Shown here piece by piece: positions 52,361 to 64,000 of a stretch of 64,000 bases of DNA (within the stretch, counting starts at the first letter, position 1; the number at the start of each line of letters is the position of its first letter). The notes beneath the pieces are model-generated. The model did no database searches. It worked only from the letters and a program-made list of their open reading frames with translations, and was not told the DNA's origin. Source of the stretch: Octopus sinensis (lineage: Eukaryota); contig NC_043001.1 of assembly GCF_006345805.1 (NCBI RefSeq), positions 119,474,001 through 119,538,000 of the forward strand, in the 5' to 3' direction. The translations under genes and the position numbers were made by a program.

Positions 52361-53640
52361 TTCATTCTTTTGTTGGCCACAAAGGCTAATATAAATCGAA
52401 ACTTTAAAGGACAATATAAGACGATATACAAAGGATTTTGCAAAAAACGCAAACATTTGTGTAAATATTTGATAACAATAAAGCAATGCAACAAATAAAA
52501 ACAAAACTCCCAATAGGGGGAGGCAATTTAAAAGTTACTCGTGGAAAAACCCATAAAAGCCACGGGTGCCTGATCAACAGGGCAAGAGCTCTTCTTTTAT
52601 ACTTTTTTTTACAGGTGTATTCTCAGAATTGGTCCATCCATATTAGCTATTTTTCCGACATCCACCAACTTTTCAACAAATTTACTAGAAGACAACACTT
52701 CCCTCTTCTCTTTTCTTTACAAGTGGAACTTGAAAAAGTTGATGAGATCTTGGCCAAAGAGGAAAGTATCTGAGTTTAGCCCTTTCAAAGGGATCCACCA
52801 TACTACCTTTTGCGCTACAGCCGCCTGACAAATGAAAACTGCCTGCCTCTCCCGACCAAAGGAGAGCTGTGAGACAATCCTCACAATGGATTCAGCTGAT
52901 ATCCGAATCCGTCCTACACGCGACACCAGGTGTTCGACATAAACCCACAGGTCAGCAATACTCGGGCATTGGACAAGGGCGTGCAGAACGGTTTCATCAC
53001 TCTGCGCACACTTCATACAAGCCTGGCTGACGGCACTTCTATGCTTGTAGAGTTTATCTCGAAGAGGCAGCACCCCTTGGTAGCACCCCTCAGGCAAGGG
53101 ATTTCTGGAAGTTAATCATGACCTGAGTACGTCGTCGCACATTCCCTCCATTAGCCCTCTATAGAACGCTAGAGTGGAACTACCACTGACCGCACTGCCC
53201 GCCTGGGGGAGAGCTGTGAGCGCTTGACGGCACTCGAGGTGCCAAGCGCCCTTTCTCGATCTAGGTTTGATTCAAGATTGCAGCTCAGTCAAAGAGACGA
53301 ACTGTGGAAAGGCGAGTCTGACGAACTGCACCTACGCCTGCTCACCGTCCAGGAAACGCTTGAGATGCCGTAGCCTGAGCGCATGTCTGCATATTATCAA
53401 TTACAGTATACCAAGGCCTCCCTTCAGCAGCTGTTGATAGCAGATAGCAGATGGAGCGCCTGACCAGCGGAACTTGCCCCTTCCACAGAAAGTGGAAGAG
53501 TAAGTGCACCAGTTTGGTCAGCCAGCAATCGGGGCAAGAGCGACTGTCAAGCGGTAATAAATGACGGATGCGATGTACGCATTTGCCACCTCAGCTCGAA
53601 CTTTCAGGGACAGCTCAGTCCGCCAAGATTGTGTCGAAAA
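52361..53640 (-). mobile_element. Degraded Tx1/L1-clade LINE 3' portion
   Basis: VANAYIASVIYYRL, FLWKG.VPLVRRSIC..Q..KGGLG, and a CCHC knuckle CMKC.QSDETVLHALVQCP..LW; the 3' end GTGGCCAACAAAAGAA runs into (TTA/TTG)n. Confidence 0.78.
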
Positions 53641-53704
53641 TCTTGTATATTACTGTTTTTTCTGTTTGTTTCATGCAAATACTTAAGAAGGAATGAACTA
53701 GATG

Positions 53705-55050
53705 CGATACAACACATACAAATGAAAGAAAAAATTAAAAAAACAATATTATAGACGAGTTAGATTAATACTGAAAACAGAGCTCAATAATAGGTATCAG
53801 CACTTTAGCTGTCTTAGTTATATGTTACAGCTACAATATCCTGAACTGGATACTAAATGAACTAATCAAAATAGACAGATAAACAAGAAAAATAATGACA
53901 GGATTTAAGATGCAACACCCAAAACCTGACAAAGAAAGGTTATGTATACAACACATAGAAGGTAGTAAGAAACTATTACAAAATAACCACCAAAGGACTA
54001 CAAGAATACCTACTTCAGAAGCAAGGAAAATTGATACAAATATCCACAAAAAAACTCTTTTCGGTCTTTAAGGAAGCTGATAGATACAAAAAAGAAGTCA
54101 TACTACCTGACAACTACGAAGAAAAAGAAGAAACAATAAAAGCTGTAAAACAACTGAAATCCCAACTAAAACTGGAACAGCAACAGATCATAATAAAATG
54201 ATGGCAAGAAAAACCCCTTAATGGCAAATACTGAGTTAAACTAAACGCTAAAGAAATAGACAAAGCAAAATCCCAGCAATGGCTGAGAAGCTCAGGACTC
54301 AAAGCAGAGACTGAAGGATTTTTAATTGCAGCACAAGACCAAAGCCTCCCCACTAGAAATTACCAAAATCACACAGTGAAAAGAAACATAACAAGTAACT
54401 GCAGAATATGTAGCGATGGACAATAAACAATGAACCATATTGTCTCTGGCTGCCCAGTCCTGGCTAAGAAGGAATATATTCACATACACAACAGAGTTGG
54501 GAACTACATACACAGGAAGCTATGCCAACACTATGGAATAACAACAGAAAAAATATCATATAGGCACACGCCAGAAAAACTCGCTGAAAATGAGAAAGCA
54601 ACCATACTCTGGGATATGCCGATACACACAGATAGAGAAATTAAGGCCAATAGCCGGATATAGTTGTCAGAGATCATAAAAAAGGAAAAAAATGCTTTAT
54701 AATCGATGTATCAATACCAACAGATGACAATGTTTCTCTAAAAGAAACGGAAAAACACTTTCAAAATACAAAAACCTGGAAATAGAAATAACTCGAATAT
54801 GGGGTCTAAAAATAGAAACAATTCCTATCACTGTAGGCACGTTAGGTAGGATAAAAAATATTAAAATAGAAACCAAAGACACCAGGACTAACAAGTATAT
54901 AAAACATACAGAAAAGAGCACCACTAGGCACCGAACATATCCTACGTAGAACACTTTAAGAGCATCACAACAAACCACAGCACATACCCAAAGCATACAG
55001 AGCTGCGCTCGGTCATGCAGTGAAAAGCACGAGATAAAAATAAAACTACA
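53705..55050 (+). mobile_element. Degraded R4/Dong-like LINE 3' portion
   Basis: MKEKIKK.YYRRVRLILKTELN, QWLRSSGLKAETEGFLIAAQDQSL.TRNY, NHIVSGCPVL, ILWDMPIHTDREIKAN; multiple stops and frameshifts. Confidence 0.85.
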
Positions 55051-55649
55051 TTACAAAAAGACTAAGTTAGAAAAAAGATTTTCTTTAAGTCTTTGCAACG
55101 AAATGAGAAAATAAAAGAATAAAAGAGTGACTTCTTGTTACGTAGATTCTTTGAACATTGATTCTTTGAGCATGACAATCTTATAATTAGATCAAAACTT
55201 TAACTTTCGAAGTGGACTTGGTGATTGAGTGGAAAGACTGGAAAGACCCGACATCATGAATTTTATGCCATAGTTAGCATTCGATGCGATTCCCGTTTTC
55301 ATTTTCCTTTAATGCTTGTGTCAATGAATGATGATAATAGCTTTTGAGCCTCGTCATTTGGCTACTAAAATGCTGATAGGTCCATCCCACTCATTTTGTA
55401 TATACGTAAACCGAAATATTATTTCAGATCTGCATAAATTCCTACATGTGCAATTCTTCATATATCTGTAGTTCTTGCTGAGTCATGATTGCTGTTCTCT
55501 TTTCTTTTATATTTTTATTTTTATTTTCACTTGAAAACAAACATGATTGATTCATTCCAGTATTCAGCTAGTAATTCACACAAATATGTATGCGTATACT
55601 CTCTTCCCACACACACACTCTCTCTTTCTCACACTCATACATACGCACG

Positions 55650-55695
<46 letters not shown>

Positions 55696-55790
55696 TACAC
55701 ACAGAGTCAAACACACATATACACATGGCCCTATGTATGTCATACGCATGCCTGTGTGATCGAGCGTGTTACGTGTACGTGCATATGTCA

Positions 55791-55832
<42 letters not shown>

Positions 55833-56331
55833 ATGTTTGTATATGAGGAAGCTCTCAAAACAATCAAAGTAATCTCATATCGAGAATTTTCCGGAAACCT
55901 TTTTTAACATATCCTATTTACTCTTAAAGATAATTTCAAATCAGCAAATGAGCTGTTCCCTACTTTTAATTATTGAAAAATTTCTCTTGATGACAGATTT
56001 ATATTTGAATCTCACTTAAGAGTCTACATCTTCCGCCTTACTCTTCCTATCGCTGTATTTGTCGTGGTTGGGAGTGATTGTGGTAGACAAAAACTACGTA
56101 TAAACCCGTCGAAATATATATATATATATATTTGAGTAATTGAATGAATTATCTTATTAAGGATAATTCGAAAGATAACCGATACCTGGGTAGCAAATTC
56201 ACATCAGAAAGAACACGGTTGAAGCTACGTCCCTAGGGCATAGACTACGTGTCTTCGTGCGGAAATTTGAATGTTTATTTTAAAATTATAAGTATATGAA
56301 AGAATGGAGTTGAACGACTAGTTAACAAATA

Positions 56332-56428
56332 TCCTTTATTCTCGACATATGTTTCGAAGGCTGCATATTCCTAATTCCGAAGGAATAAGGAGTACATTAT
56401 GCAGATTTCTCATCAGGAAAATAAAGGA
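56332..56428 (-). ncRNA. Type I hammerhead ribozyme (intact core), predicted cleavage GUC| between 56344 and 56343
   Basis: Minus strand reads UCCUUUAUUUUC-CUGAUGA-GAA..CUGCAUA[..]UAUGCAG..UUC-GAAA-CAUAU-GUC-GAGAAUAAAGGA. Stem I is 12 bp with one G-U. Stem II domain is 54 nt. Stem III is the perfect palindrome ACAUAUGU. Confidence 0.9.
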
Positions 56429-56450
56429 ACTTATGTCGACATCAAAATGC

Positions 56451-56505
<55 letters not shown>

Positions 56506-56561
56506 TATAATATATATATATATATACATACATACATACATGCATACATACATACATAGAT

Positions 56562-56722
56562 ACATATTATTCGACGTGCTTCTACGCAGTTTCGTCTACT
56601 ACAATCACTCACAATTTATTAGTCGTCCCGGAAAATCCTTGCCTATGGTGCAGCAGTATGAGATGGAACCCAAAACCTTGTGATTGCAAAGCGAGCTTCT
56701 TAACCACATAACTATACCTGCA
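56562..56722 (-). mobile_element. SINE family A 5' half, degenerate. Isolated tails also occur at about 8757-8806, 14415-14510, 19200-19345, 24870-24990, 25450-25503, 29128-29185 and 61395-61452
   Basis: GCTTCTTAACCAC, TGGAACCC..AACC..GTG and GTTTCGTCTAC..AATCACTCACAA match the family A head and body. Confidence 0.55.
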
Positions 56723-57147
56723 CCTATAGATGTTAGCAAAAAAGAAATAGCAGCCAAATCTCCCTCAAACTACGCACAATGCCGTCTTAAGAAAATTTGT
56801 GATACATTGGATCACTGGTGTGAGTGCTCGAAATGTGGAGTAGATGAACAGCCGCCAACTGATGAAGGGTCGTTCTTTATGTTGCTTGTCTTGTTTTCCA
56901 TTTGTTTCTCTCGTTGTTTGCATACACAAAGTTGTCTTCGTATTTCATGTTTCTTTACGTTTTGTGACGTCCCGTACCCATATATGCACACATATATAGA
57001 TATATATGTATGTATGTACATATTTATATGTATATATGCATATAAATAAATATATATATATATTGAGAGACAGTTTTGTGCCATTCATACCATGGGCTCC
57101 TAGAGAGCGTTTGTCGAAAAGCTTGCTGCGCATTTTGTTGGAGATTT

Positions 57148-57258
57148 AAGTTCCTGGATTTTCCTGAAGAGAAAGCTGCAAAATGGTCTCCTTATTCAAT
57201 CCGAATTAGGGACTTTGCAGCCTTTGAAACATATGTAGAAAATAATAAAAAGGAACTT
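57148..57258 (+). ncRNA. Type I hammerhead ribozyme, same family as 56332-56428, predicted cleavage GUA| after 57237
   Basis: Plus strand reads AAGUUCCU..AUUUUC-CUGAAGA(57164-57170)-G..GCUGCAAA[..]UUUGCAGC..U-GAAA(57226-57229)-CAUAU-GUA-GAAAAU..AGGAACUU. Stem I is 6+8 bp, stem II has an 8-bp helix closed by G-U, and stem III is the palindrome ACAUAUGU. Confidence 0.82.
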
Positions 57259-57464
57259 TGTAAAATCTTCGTTCAGCTCCATTTCTTCCCTCACTGAATA
57301 TATAAAACTTCAAATTTCCGCACTAAGGCACGGTTTTGAGACCCCATGGTCGTAACCTCAACCGTGATTTTTCTGTTGTGATTTTTGCTACCCAGGTATC
57401 GGTTATAATTTGAATAATCCGTAACAAGATAATTCATTTATCCATTTCAATATATATATATATA

Positions 57465-57499
<35 letters not shown>

Positions 57500-60400
57500 T
57501 ATGTTTGAGTTTTGCTTTATATTTGTACAAGGTGGCTCCAAGTCCCACCCAGAGACCTCAAGAGACAAGAGGTTGGAAGTTCATGTTGTTGTTATGCCTA
57601 GTGTGCCATATATTTGGGGGGGGGGAGTTTTTGGTGTTGTACTAATGAATGTCTAAAATAAAAAAAAAATTTTTTTTTCTTTTCCCTCTCCCTTTAAACC
57701 GAAAATTATGTTTGTTTTAAACTTTGAGATTACATAGAAAGTATTTTGCGTAGGATATGAGCAGTTCCCATGAGCACTATCTTTTGAATTTCTGCCATTT
57801 TTGGGTTTCCTGGTATCTGAGTTAGGTAGCTATGAGCCCCTTTTGCTATCATTCCCAGGGCACCTATGACAACAGGTATTGTTTTAGTCTTCAGGTTCCA
57901 CATTTTGCTGATTTCTATTTCAAGATCTTTATATTTGCTCAGTTTTTGGTAGGTCTTGACATATACGTTTATATCGATTGGGACAGTCATATCAATGGGG
58001 AGGCATGTTCTTTGTTTGAAGTCTTTCAATATGATGTCTGGCTTATTTGCATCTATCTTTCTGTCAGTTTGAATGGTGAAGTTCCAGAGGAATGAGATGT
58101 GGTCATTTTCAAGCACCGGGGGTGGTTTGTGTTCCCACCAGTTTTTTTCATGGGGCAAATCCAGGTTTTTACAGATTACCCAGTGAATATATTGTGCAGC
58201 TCTATCGTGTCTGTTGAGATACTCTGTAGGCGCTAGAAGACTGCACTTGGAGACCACATGGTCAATGGTTTCATTTTGTTGCTGGCATACACGACACGTT
58301 GGACTGCTTCTGCTCTTTAATATGTTGGCTTGGTAGTTTCTTGTTGGTAGGCATTGATCTTGAGCTGCTATGATAAACCTCTCTGTTTCAGATTTTACGC
58401 CAGAGGCCATTAGCCATTGATGGGTCAGGGCTTTGTCAACATCTGCATTATTTGCTCTCTTTGGGTATTTGCCATAGAGAGGTTTTTCTTGCCATTTATC
58501 ATTCAGAATATCTAAGGCCGCAGATTTAGCATGGGTTTTCATGCGCTTAGCTTTTTCTGTGCCTGTTTCTTGTATGTCTATCTCTAATTCCGAAATTTGT
58601 TGTATTCGGAATTCACTTAGATATTCCTTTGCCTGTTTTGTGACTGAGTATGATGCTTTCTTGTTTTCATGTTTTGAGACAAGTTTTAACATCCAGTCCT
58701 CAGAGTTTTTCAGGTAGGTGTCTAGGCCAATTGTAGCAATCTTCATTGTTATTGCCAGTTGTAAAAGTCCACGGCCTCCCTCTTTTCTTGGCAGATAAAG
58801 TCGTTCTGTATCTGCCTTAGGGTGGTGCATTCTATGCATTGTCAACAGTTTTCGAATTTTCCTGTCAAGATTACATATTTCAGTAATTGACCAGTTAACG
58901 ATATTGAAACTGTAAGTCACAACTGGTATGGCTAATGCATTGATCGCTTCGATCCTGTTTCTCGCATTCAGCTCTGTCTTGAGTATTGCTCTTACTCTGC
59001 GATAACATTCTCTCCTGATCCTTTCCTTCATCTCTGAATGCCTTATTTCTTCTCCTTCAATTACCCCTAGATACTTGTAGTTCTCTGCTGGGTCTAATTC
59101 TTTTATGACATTCTGCTGGTCAAGTTTAGCGTTAGATGTTTCTGTCATTTTTCCTTTGATAAAGATAGCTTTTGCACACTTATCGAGGCCAAATTGCATT
59201 CTGATGTCATCACTGAATTGTTTGACAATCGCTAGTAAGCCCTTGAGTTGTTGGTCATTTTTTGCAAAGAGCTTTAAATCATCCATGTAAATGAGATGAT
59301 TTATATTTTTATCAAACATTTTATACCCGTACTGCGCGTCATTGAGCAGTTTTGAGAGAGGTATTAAGGCTAAACAGAAGAGGAGTGGTGATAGTGAGTC
59401 ACCCTGGAAAATGCCACATGAAATTTTTACATCACCAGCATTTAGAGATTCATTGTCACTGTTCAAAGTTAGTGTGGTTCTCCATGATCTCATACTTACA
59501 GACAAAAAGTTTCGCAGAGCAGGTGCTATCTTATACATTTCTAGGCATTTCTTAATCCAGCTATGTGGTAGGCTATCAAAAGCCTTTTTATAGTCTATCC
59601 AGGCTATTGATAAGTTTTTGTGTCGTTTGTGACAATCTTCTAAGATCATCTTATTGATGAGTAGTTGATCTTTACAACCGTAGGATCCACGTTTACATCC
59701 TTTCTGTTCTTTAGGGAATATGCTGCTGTCTGTAAAAAAACTATAGGTATATTCCGTCAGGACAGATGTTAGTGTTTTATACATAGTTGTTAAGCAGGTT
59801 ATGGGTCTATAGCTTTTTGGTTTATTTGTTTCTTCACTTTTTGGAAGCAGGAATGTTAACCCATTAACTAGCCAAGGAGGCATCCTACTAGGATGTTGCA
59901 AAACATCATTGTAAAGTTCTGTTAGCAGTTCATGGCTCTCTGGGAAGGCATTCAACCAAAAGTTAGGGATTTTATCCTTTCCTGGAGACTTCCATTTGCT
60001 TGACCTCCTGAGAGCAGATCTTATATCTTCTACCTTGACACCCTCCCACTTTTGCTCTTCTAAGGAGTCCAGTTCTTTAGATATTCTATCAATCCAGGGG
60101 CCTTTTCGCTGTGTGTTTTTTCTTCTGCCCAAATTTTATTCCAAAATCCCTGCACTTCTTCTTTTGATGGTACAGACTTTACAGTAACTGTTGTTTTTCC
60201 TATCTTCCTGTAAAAAGTTTTGGGATTATTTTTGAACATGTTGTTGTCCCTGAAGAATCTAACACGCTTTTCATACCTCGCTATGCGGGCAGCTTTAGCA
60301 GATACCTTTTGCTTGATGGTTTCTATTGTGGCATCAATATCAAGTATAGTTTTCATATTATACTTTTTCATTAGTTTTGGGGTTTTTGTAGGTTTGGTAG

Positions 60401-60612
60401 TCTTATGAACCTTAAGGTTTTTCAAATATTCAATGTCAGATCTAAATAGTTTAATTTGTTGTTGCAAACGCTCTTGCCAAGAAGGCTTTTTGTGGAAATG
60501 TTGCCGTTTTCTAATCTTTTCACCACATAGGATCGTTGAGATTTTCGCGGATGCATAGTACAGGTGGTTGAGATCTGTGATATCAACATCATTAGCTGAA
60601 ATTATATCCTTA
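57500..60612 (-). mobile_element. 5'-truncated R4/Dong-like non-LTR retrotransposon (second subfamily) flanked by (TAA)n
   Basis: 800-aa ORF plus a frameshifted upstream ORF (60060-60467); (ATT)n at 57465-57498 and 60615-60722. Confidence 0.92.
57730..60132 (-). CDS. RT + REL endonuclease ORF (800 aa), frameshifted near 60100 from upstream sequence
   Basis: Motifs WKSPGKD, SYRPITCL, AWIDYKKAFDS.PH, GIFQGDSLSPL, YMDD, CRVC..ETIDHVVSKC, RHD, KPDIILKD, KLSKYKDL, VIGALG. Confidence 0.88.
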   Translation of the reverse strand: MGRRKNTQRKGPWIDRISKELDSLEEQKWEGVKVEDIRSALRRSSKWKSPGKDKIPNFWLNAFPESHELLTELYNDVLQHPSRMPPWLVNGLTFLLPKSEETNKPKSYRPITCLTTMYKTLTSVLTEYTYSFFTDSSIFPKEQKGCKRGSYGCKDQLLINKMILEDCHKRHKNLSIAWIDYKKAFDSLPHSWIKKCLEMYKIAPALRNFLSVSMRSWRTTLTLNSDNESLNAGDVKISCGIFQGDSLSPLLFCLALIPLSKLLNDAQYGYKMFDKNINHLIYMDDLKLFAKNDQQLKGLLAIVKQFSDDIRMQFGLDKCAKAIFIKGKMTETSNAKLDQQNVIKELDPAENYKYLGVIEGEEIRHSEMKERIRRECYRRVRAILKTELNARNRIEAINALAIPVVTYSFNIVNWSITEICNLDRKIRKLLTMHRMHHPKADTERLYLPRKEGGRGLLQLAITMKIATIGLDTYLKNSEDWMLKLVSKHENKKASYSVTKQAKEYLSEFRIQQISELEIDIQETGTEKAKRMKTHAKSAALDILNDKWQEKPLYGKYPKRANNADVDKALTHQWLMASGVKSETERFIIAAQDQCLPTRNYQANILKSRSSPTCRVCQQQNETIDHVVSKCSLLAPTEYLNRHDRAAQYIHWVICKNLDLPHEKNWWEHKPPPVLENDHISFLWNFTIQTDRKIDANKPDIILKDFKQRTCLPIDMTVPIDINVYVKTYQKLSKYKDLEIEISKMWNLKTKTIPVVIGALGMIAKGAHSYLTQIPGNPKMAEIQKIVLMGTAHILRKILSM

Positions 60613-60638
60613 TGATTATTATTATTATTATTATATCC

Positions 60639-60723
<85 letters not shown>

Positions 60724-60761
60724 GTGACTGAACGCCATGCATCCATTTCCAAGTAAGTTTA

Positions 60762-61158
60762 TCTATCTATATATATAAAGCTGAAGTTGTCTGTGTATGG
60801 CAGATTTCGTAGCCTTCAACTAACACTATCTCCTCCGAGACCCTGCGGCGCAAGTTGACCAAAATTGAGATTATGATAGAAGAAGGCTTGCTCTTTCTTC
60901 CGTTAAAGAAAAAATTTGAAATCGGACCGTGTTGACATAAAAAATTATTAACATCAAAAAGGTTCTTTTTTTTCTATGAAAATCCATATTTTTTTACGAT
61001 TTTTTGACTACTGTGTCGTCATTTTTCGGTGTATTTCAACCAGAAAAATGTTCACTTAAAGACAATAACAAGCTACATAATGCAAAATTTTTACTTTTCA
61101 AAAATTCCAATTCTATAGGGTCGAAACAAACCCGAGCAACGCCGGGCGATACTGCTAG
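60762..61158 (+). mobile_element. Non-autonomous Helitron
   Basis: Starts TCTATCTATATATATAAAG after an A and ends CTAG before a T (A|T target, no TSD); GC-rich hairpin CCCGAGCAACGCCGGG about 12 nt upstream of the 3' end. Confidence 0.85.
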
Positions 61159-62140
61159 TATATATATATATATTATATATATATATATAGCTGGTTACTG
61201 TTATATGTACGTGTGTATACATATATATGTATACACATATAAAATAAACTGGATCTCTTCCTGTCAGGTGTCCCAGATGAACCAACTTCACGGCAGGAGG
61301 TGCAGATGAGGTCAGCTGCATCGAAGTCTCTCATGCACCAAATGGCAATTGATAAAAAGCATTCGTGAAGTAAAATCATGTAGCAACACCGAATGGCGGT
61401 GCCCCAGCATGGCCACAGCTCGTGAGCTGAAACTAGATAAAATAAAAATAAAAAATAGAAGTAGTGTTTGGCTGAGATCACCACTCAGTAATTCTATAAG
61501 CAAACGAAAGTTTGAAAGGAAGAAACAGTTGTGACATGCATATTAGCTACAGCGTTTGATTGAATACTCATTTAAAACTTTAGACGTAAGGAAAAAAAAA
61601 TTATTGTTTTTCCTAGCAGAAATGTAGGTGTTATTTTTAAAGGTAGGTTGTTGTTTAATAATTGTATCTGTAAATTAACATCGTTAAAAGAAGAACAAAA
61701 TAACAAACGTAATTATATGTAACAAATATGAGACAATACAGGTAAACAAATAGAATGCAATTAAACGTAAATAGGAAAGAAAAGAGAAAGAAAAGGAGGT
61801 AGAGGATAGACGGTAAAGTGATGATGATGATGGTGATGTTGATGAGGAGGAAGAGGATGATGATGATGATGTATGAAAGGAATTGATGACGAGGTAAAGA
61901 CGAGCTAGTTGAAATCGGAGCTAACATATATTAAGGAAAGTGGAGAATAGTTATCAATGAAAATTATGACGACGACGACGGCAGCAGCAGCGGCGACGAC
62001 GACGATGATGATGATGATGATGATGTGGATGGGGAGGTTACCGCAAAACGTTTCTCCGGCGTAAACGATTTGAATAGCAATAACGTTTAAATCATTACGC
62101 TATAAGGGATTAAATTTCAACAACAACAACAACAGCTACA

Positions 62141-62231
<91 letters not shown>

Positions 62232-62980
62232 TTACTACTACTACTAGTACTACTACTACTACTACTAGTACTACTACTCCTATTACTACGACTACTACTA
62301 CTTAAAACATAAATGATATCAATGAGTTATTATAACAACAAGAAAAAAAAATGAGAAAAGATGAGAAAAGAAAAAAAAATAGTTGCATTTATCAAGTTGA
62401 GTCCTGAGTGAAAAGAAATCGATTTAAGATTGCATTTGAAACGGCTTGAAAACACCACCTTCTTCACATTCCACCTACTACACACCACCACCACCAAATA
62501 CGGATATATATTATGTCAGACAAATCATTATTAATATTTTGTTTTTATGTGCTTGATATAAAACTGCCCTGTCATGAAGGCTTTAAGTAGCAGACCAGAA
62601 GGGATTTTCAGAGGTAAACGGTTTCGCTATTGAAGTTGAACAGAGGAACTTAGTAAATACAAATACTCACTGTAAAGGAATAAAAAAGAAAAGACAAGAA
62701 AGAATAAATGTAGGAATGCATGAATGAAAGAAAGAGCGGAATCGAAAAAGAAAGAAAGAAAGAAAGAAACAACAATGTACAACTGAAAAGATCAATGGAT
62801 TATTAAAGAGCTTCTGTATCTGTGATTCTTCATGACATATCGATCTGAGAGATGAGAAAACTCCGTAGTAAATATAATCTAAAAAATTATCTAAAATTTA
62901 CTAGTTAAAAAAAAAAGAAACAAACAAAACTAATTTCCTTCTGATTTGTTGATTAAAATCTCGTATGACTGCTGCTGTTG

Positions 62981-63173
62981 TTTAGCCCAAGGTCAGCCTC
63001 AATCGAGCAAACCTATCAAAGTTATTCCAGCAATGGGCATCTCTTTTTACTCCAGATGTAATGTAACAACGACAGCATTCATAATTTTCCATTTTAAGTG
63101 GTGTGGGTTTAGAGACATTCCATTGCTCTTTCTAGCTGGAGGAGCTACTGCTTAGAGGCTCACTCGTTGCCTC
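62981..63173 (+). mobile_element. Abundant short interspersed repeat family D. Related copies at about 10545-10685, 26448-26642, 32405-32580, 33585-33772 (-) and 33930-34000
   Basis: Recurrent TTAGCCC..GGTCAGC.CTGATCGAGCA.ACC..T.ATCAAAG..ATTCCA start and TT.GCTG.TATTTCTAGC.G..GAG...C.TAGAGGCT end. Confidence 0.5.
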
Positions 63174-63736
63174 AATATGATAGGGTTTTATGTCTGCTAG
63201 TACCAACAGAACTAATGAAGATTTGCCCTTTGTTTCCAAGTCCAAATCACTCTTTTATTTCATTTTCATTGCGAATATCTTTGCTGCAAGCATGAATGTC
63301 AGAACATTCTATGCCCATGTCTTGTAAAATTCCAATATCATGTCTGTATAAGAAATAATCATAATCAGCAATTACCAGTCGTTACACTTTCACAAAGTTT
63401 CTGATTTTCTTGTTTATCTTACATATTTACCTATATACTTTTATGCTGATGAAAAAAGTCTTCTTCATAAAAAAAAAAGAAGAAAAAAGGCGCCTGCCCC
63501 AAAAGTCAGGCTACATATGGTTTGCTTATGGGGTTTTCCCGTGAGCAGCCCTCTAACATCTCATCCCTATTGAGAGTCACACATTGTTGATTTTTAAAAT
63601 TTTGTTAGTCTTGTTTACACGCAAAACCATCACAACAATACATACGCACACACATACACACACATACTCTTTGTTTTGTCCTGAGCTGCCCATAATGTTT
63701 TTCTTAAAGTAAACCCTTGTGGTTAATTAAGAAATT

Positions 63737-63774
<38 letters not shown>

Positions 63775-63791
63775 TATTATAATTATTATTA

Positions 63792-63863
<72 letters not shown>

Positions 63864-63871
63864 TATTATTA

Positions 63872-63959
<88 letters not shown>

Positions 63960-64000
63960 GGCAGCGAGCTGGTAAAATCGTTCGCATGACGCGCAAGATG

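Larger units (their letters stand above)
56130..57452. repeat. Diverged inverted pair (about 56130-56455 minus / 57125-57452 plus) of a hammerhead-bearing non-coding element
   Basis: Shared blocks TTCAAATTTCCGCAC, TCAACCGTG, TTTGCTACCCAGGTATCGGTTAT and GATAATTCATT plus the ribozyme; both 3' ends face outward into (TA)n. Confidence 0.85.

Overview
Eukaryotic, AT-rich, microsatellite-saturated non-coding DNA. The SINE, LINE and simple-repeat landscape looks like an octopus (coleoid cephalopod) genome; this is my recognition, not a database result. No host gene can be called with confidence; there is one weak candidate exon at 5946-6066. Nearly all ORF-track entries are translated microsatellites. 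Real protein-coding content is retroelement-derived: a young 5'-truncated RTE-clade LINE with a 14-bp TSD (3056-5429, -), two near-intact R4/Dong-like RT+REL LINEs inserted in (TAA)n tracts (48796-52121 +, 57500-60612 -), and degraded R4/Dong, RTE-BovB, Tx1 and jockey/L2-type fragments. Also present: two copies of a mariner fold-back derivative made of two left ends, several MITEs, a non-autonomous Helitron and at least four SINE-like families. The most notable unexplained signal is a dispersed set of type I hammerhead ribozyme motifs: four intact (20627-20697 -, 37981-38081 -, 56332-56428 -, 57148-57258 +) and several decayed. They share (near-)palindromic stem III sequences and long (42-92 nt) stem II domains, and lie in short non-coding elements next to (TA)n or other simple repeats (Penelope-LTR/retrozyme-like). 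One sits in the loop of a perfect 102-bp inverted repeat, and two form a tail-out inverted pair.
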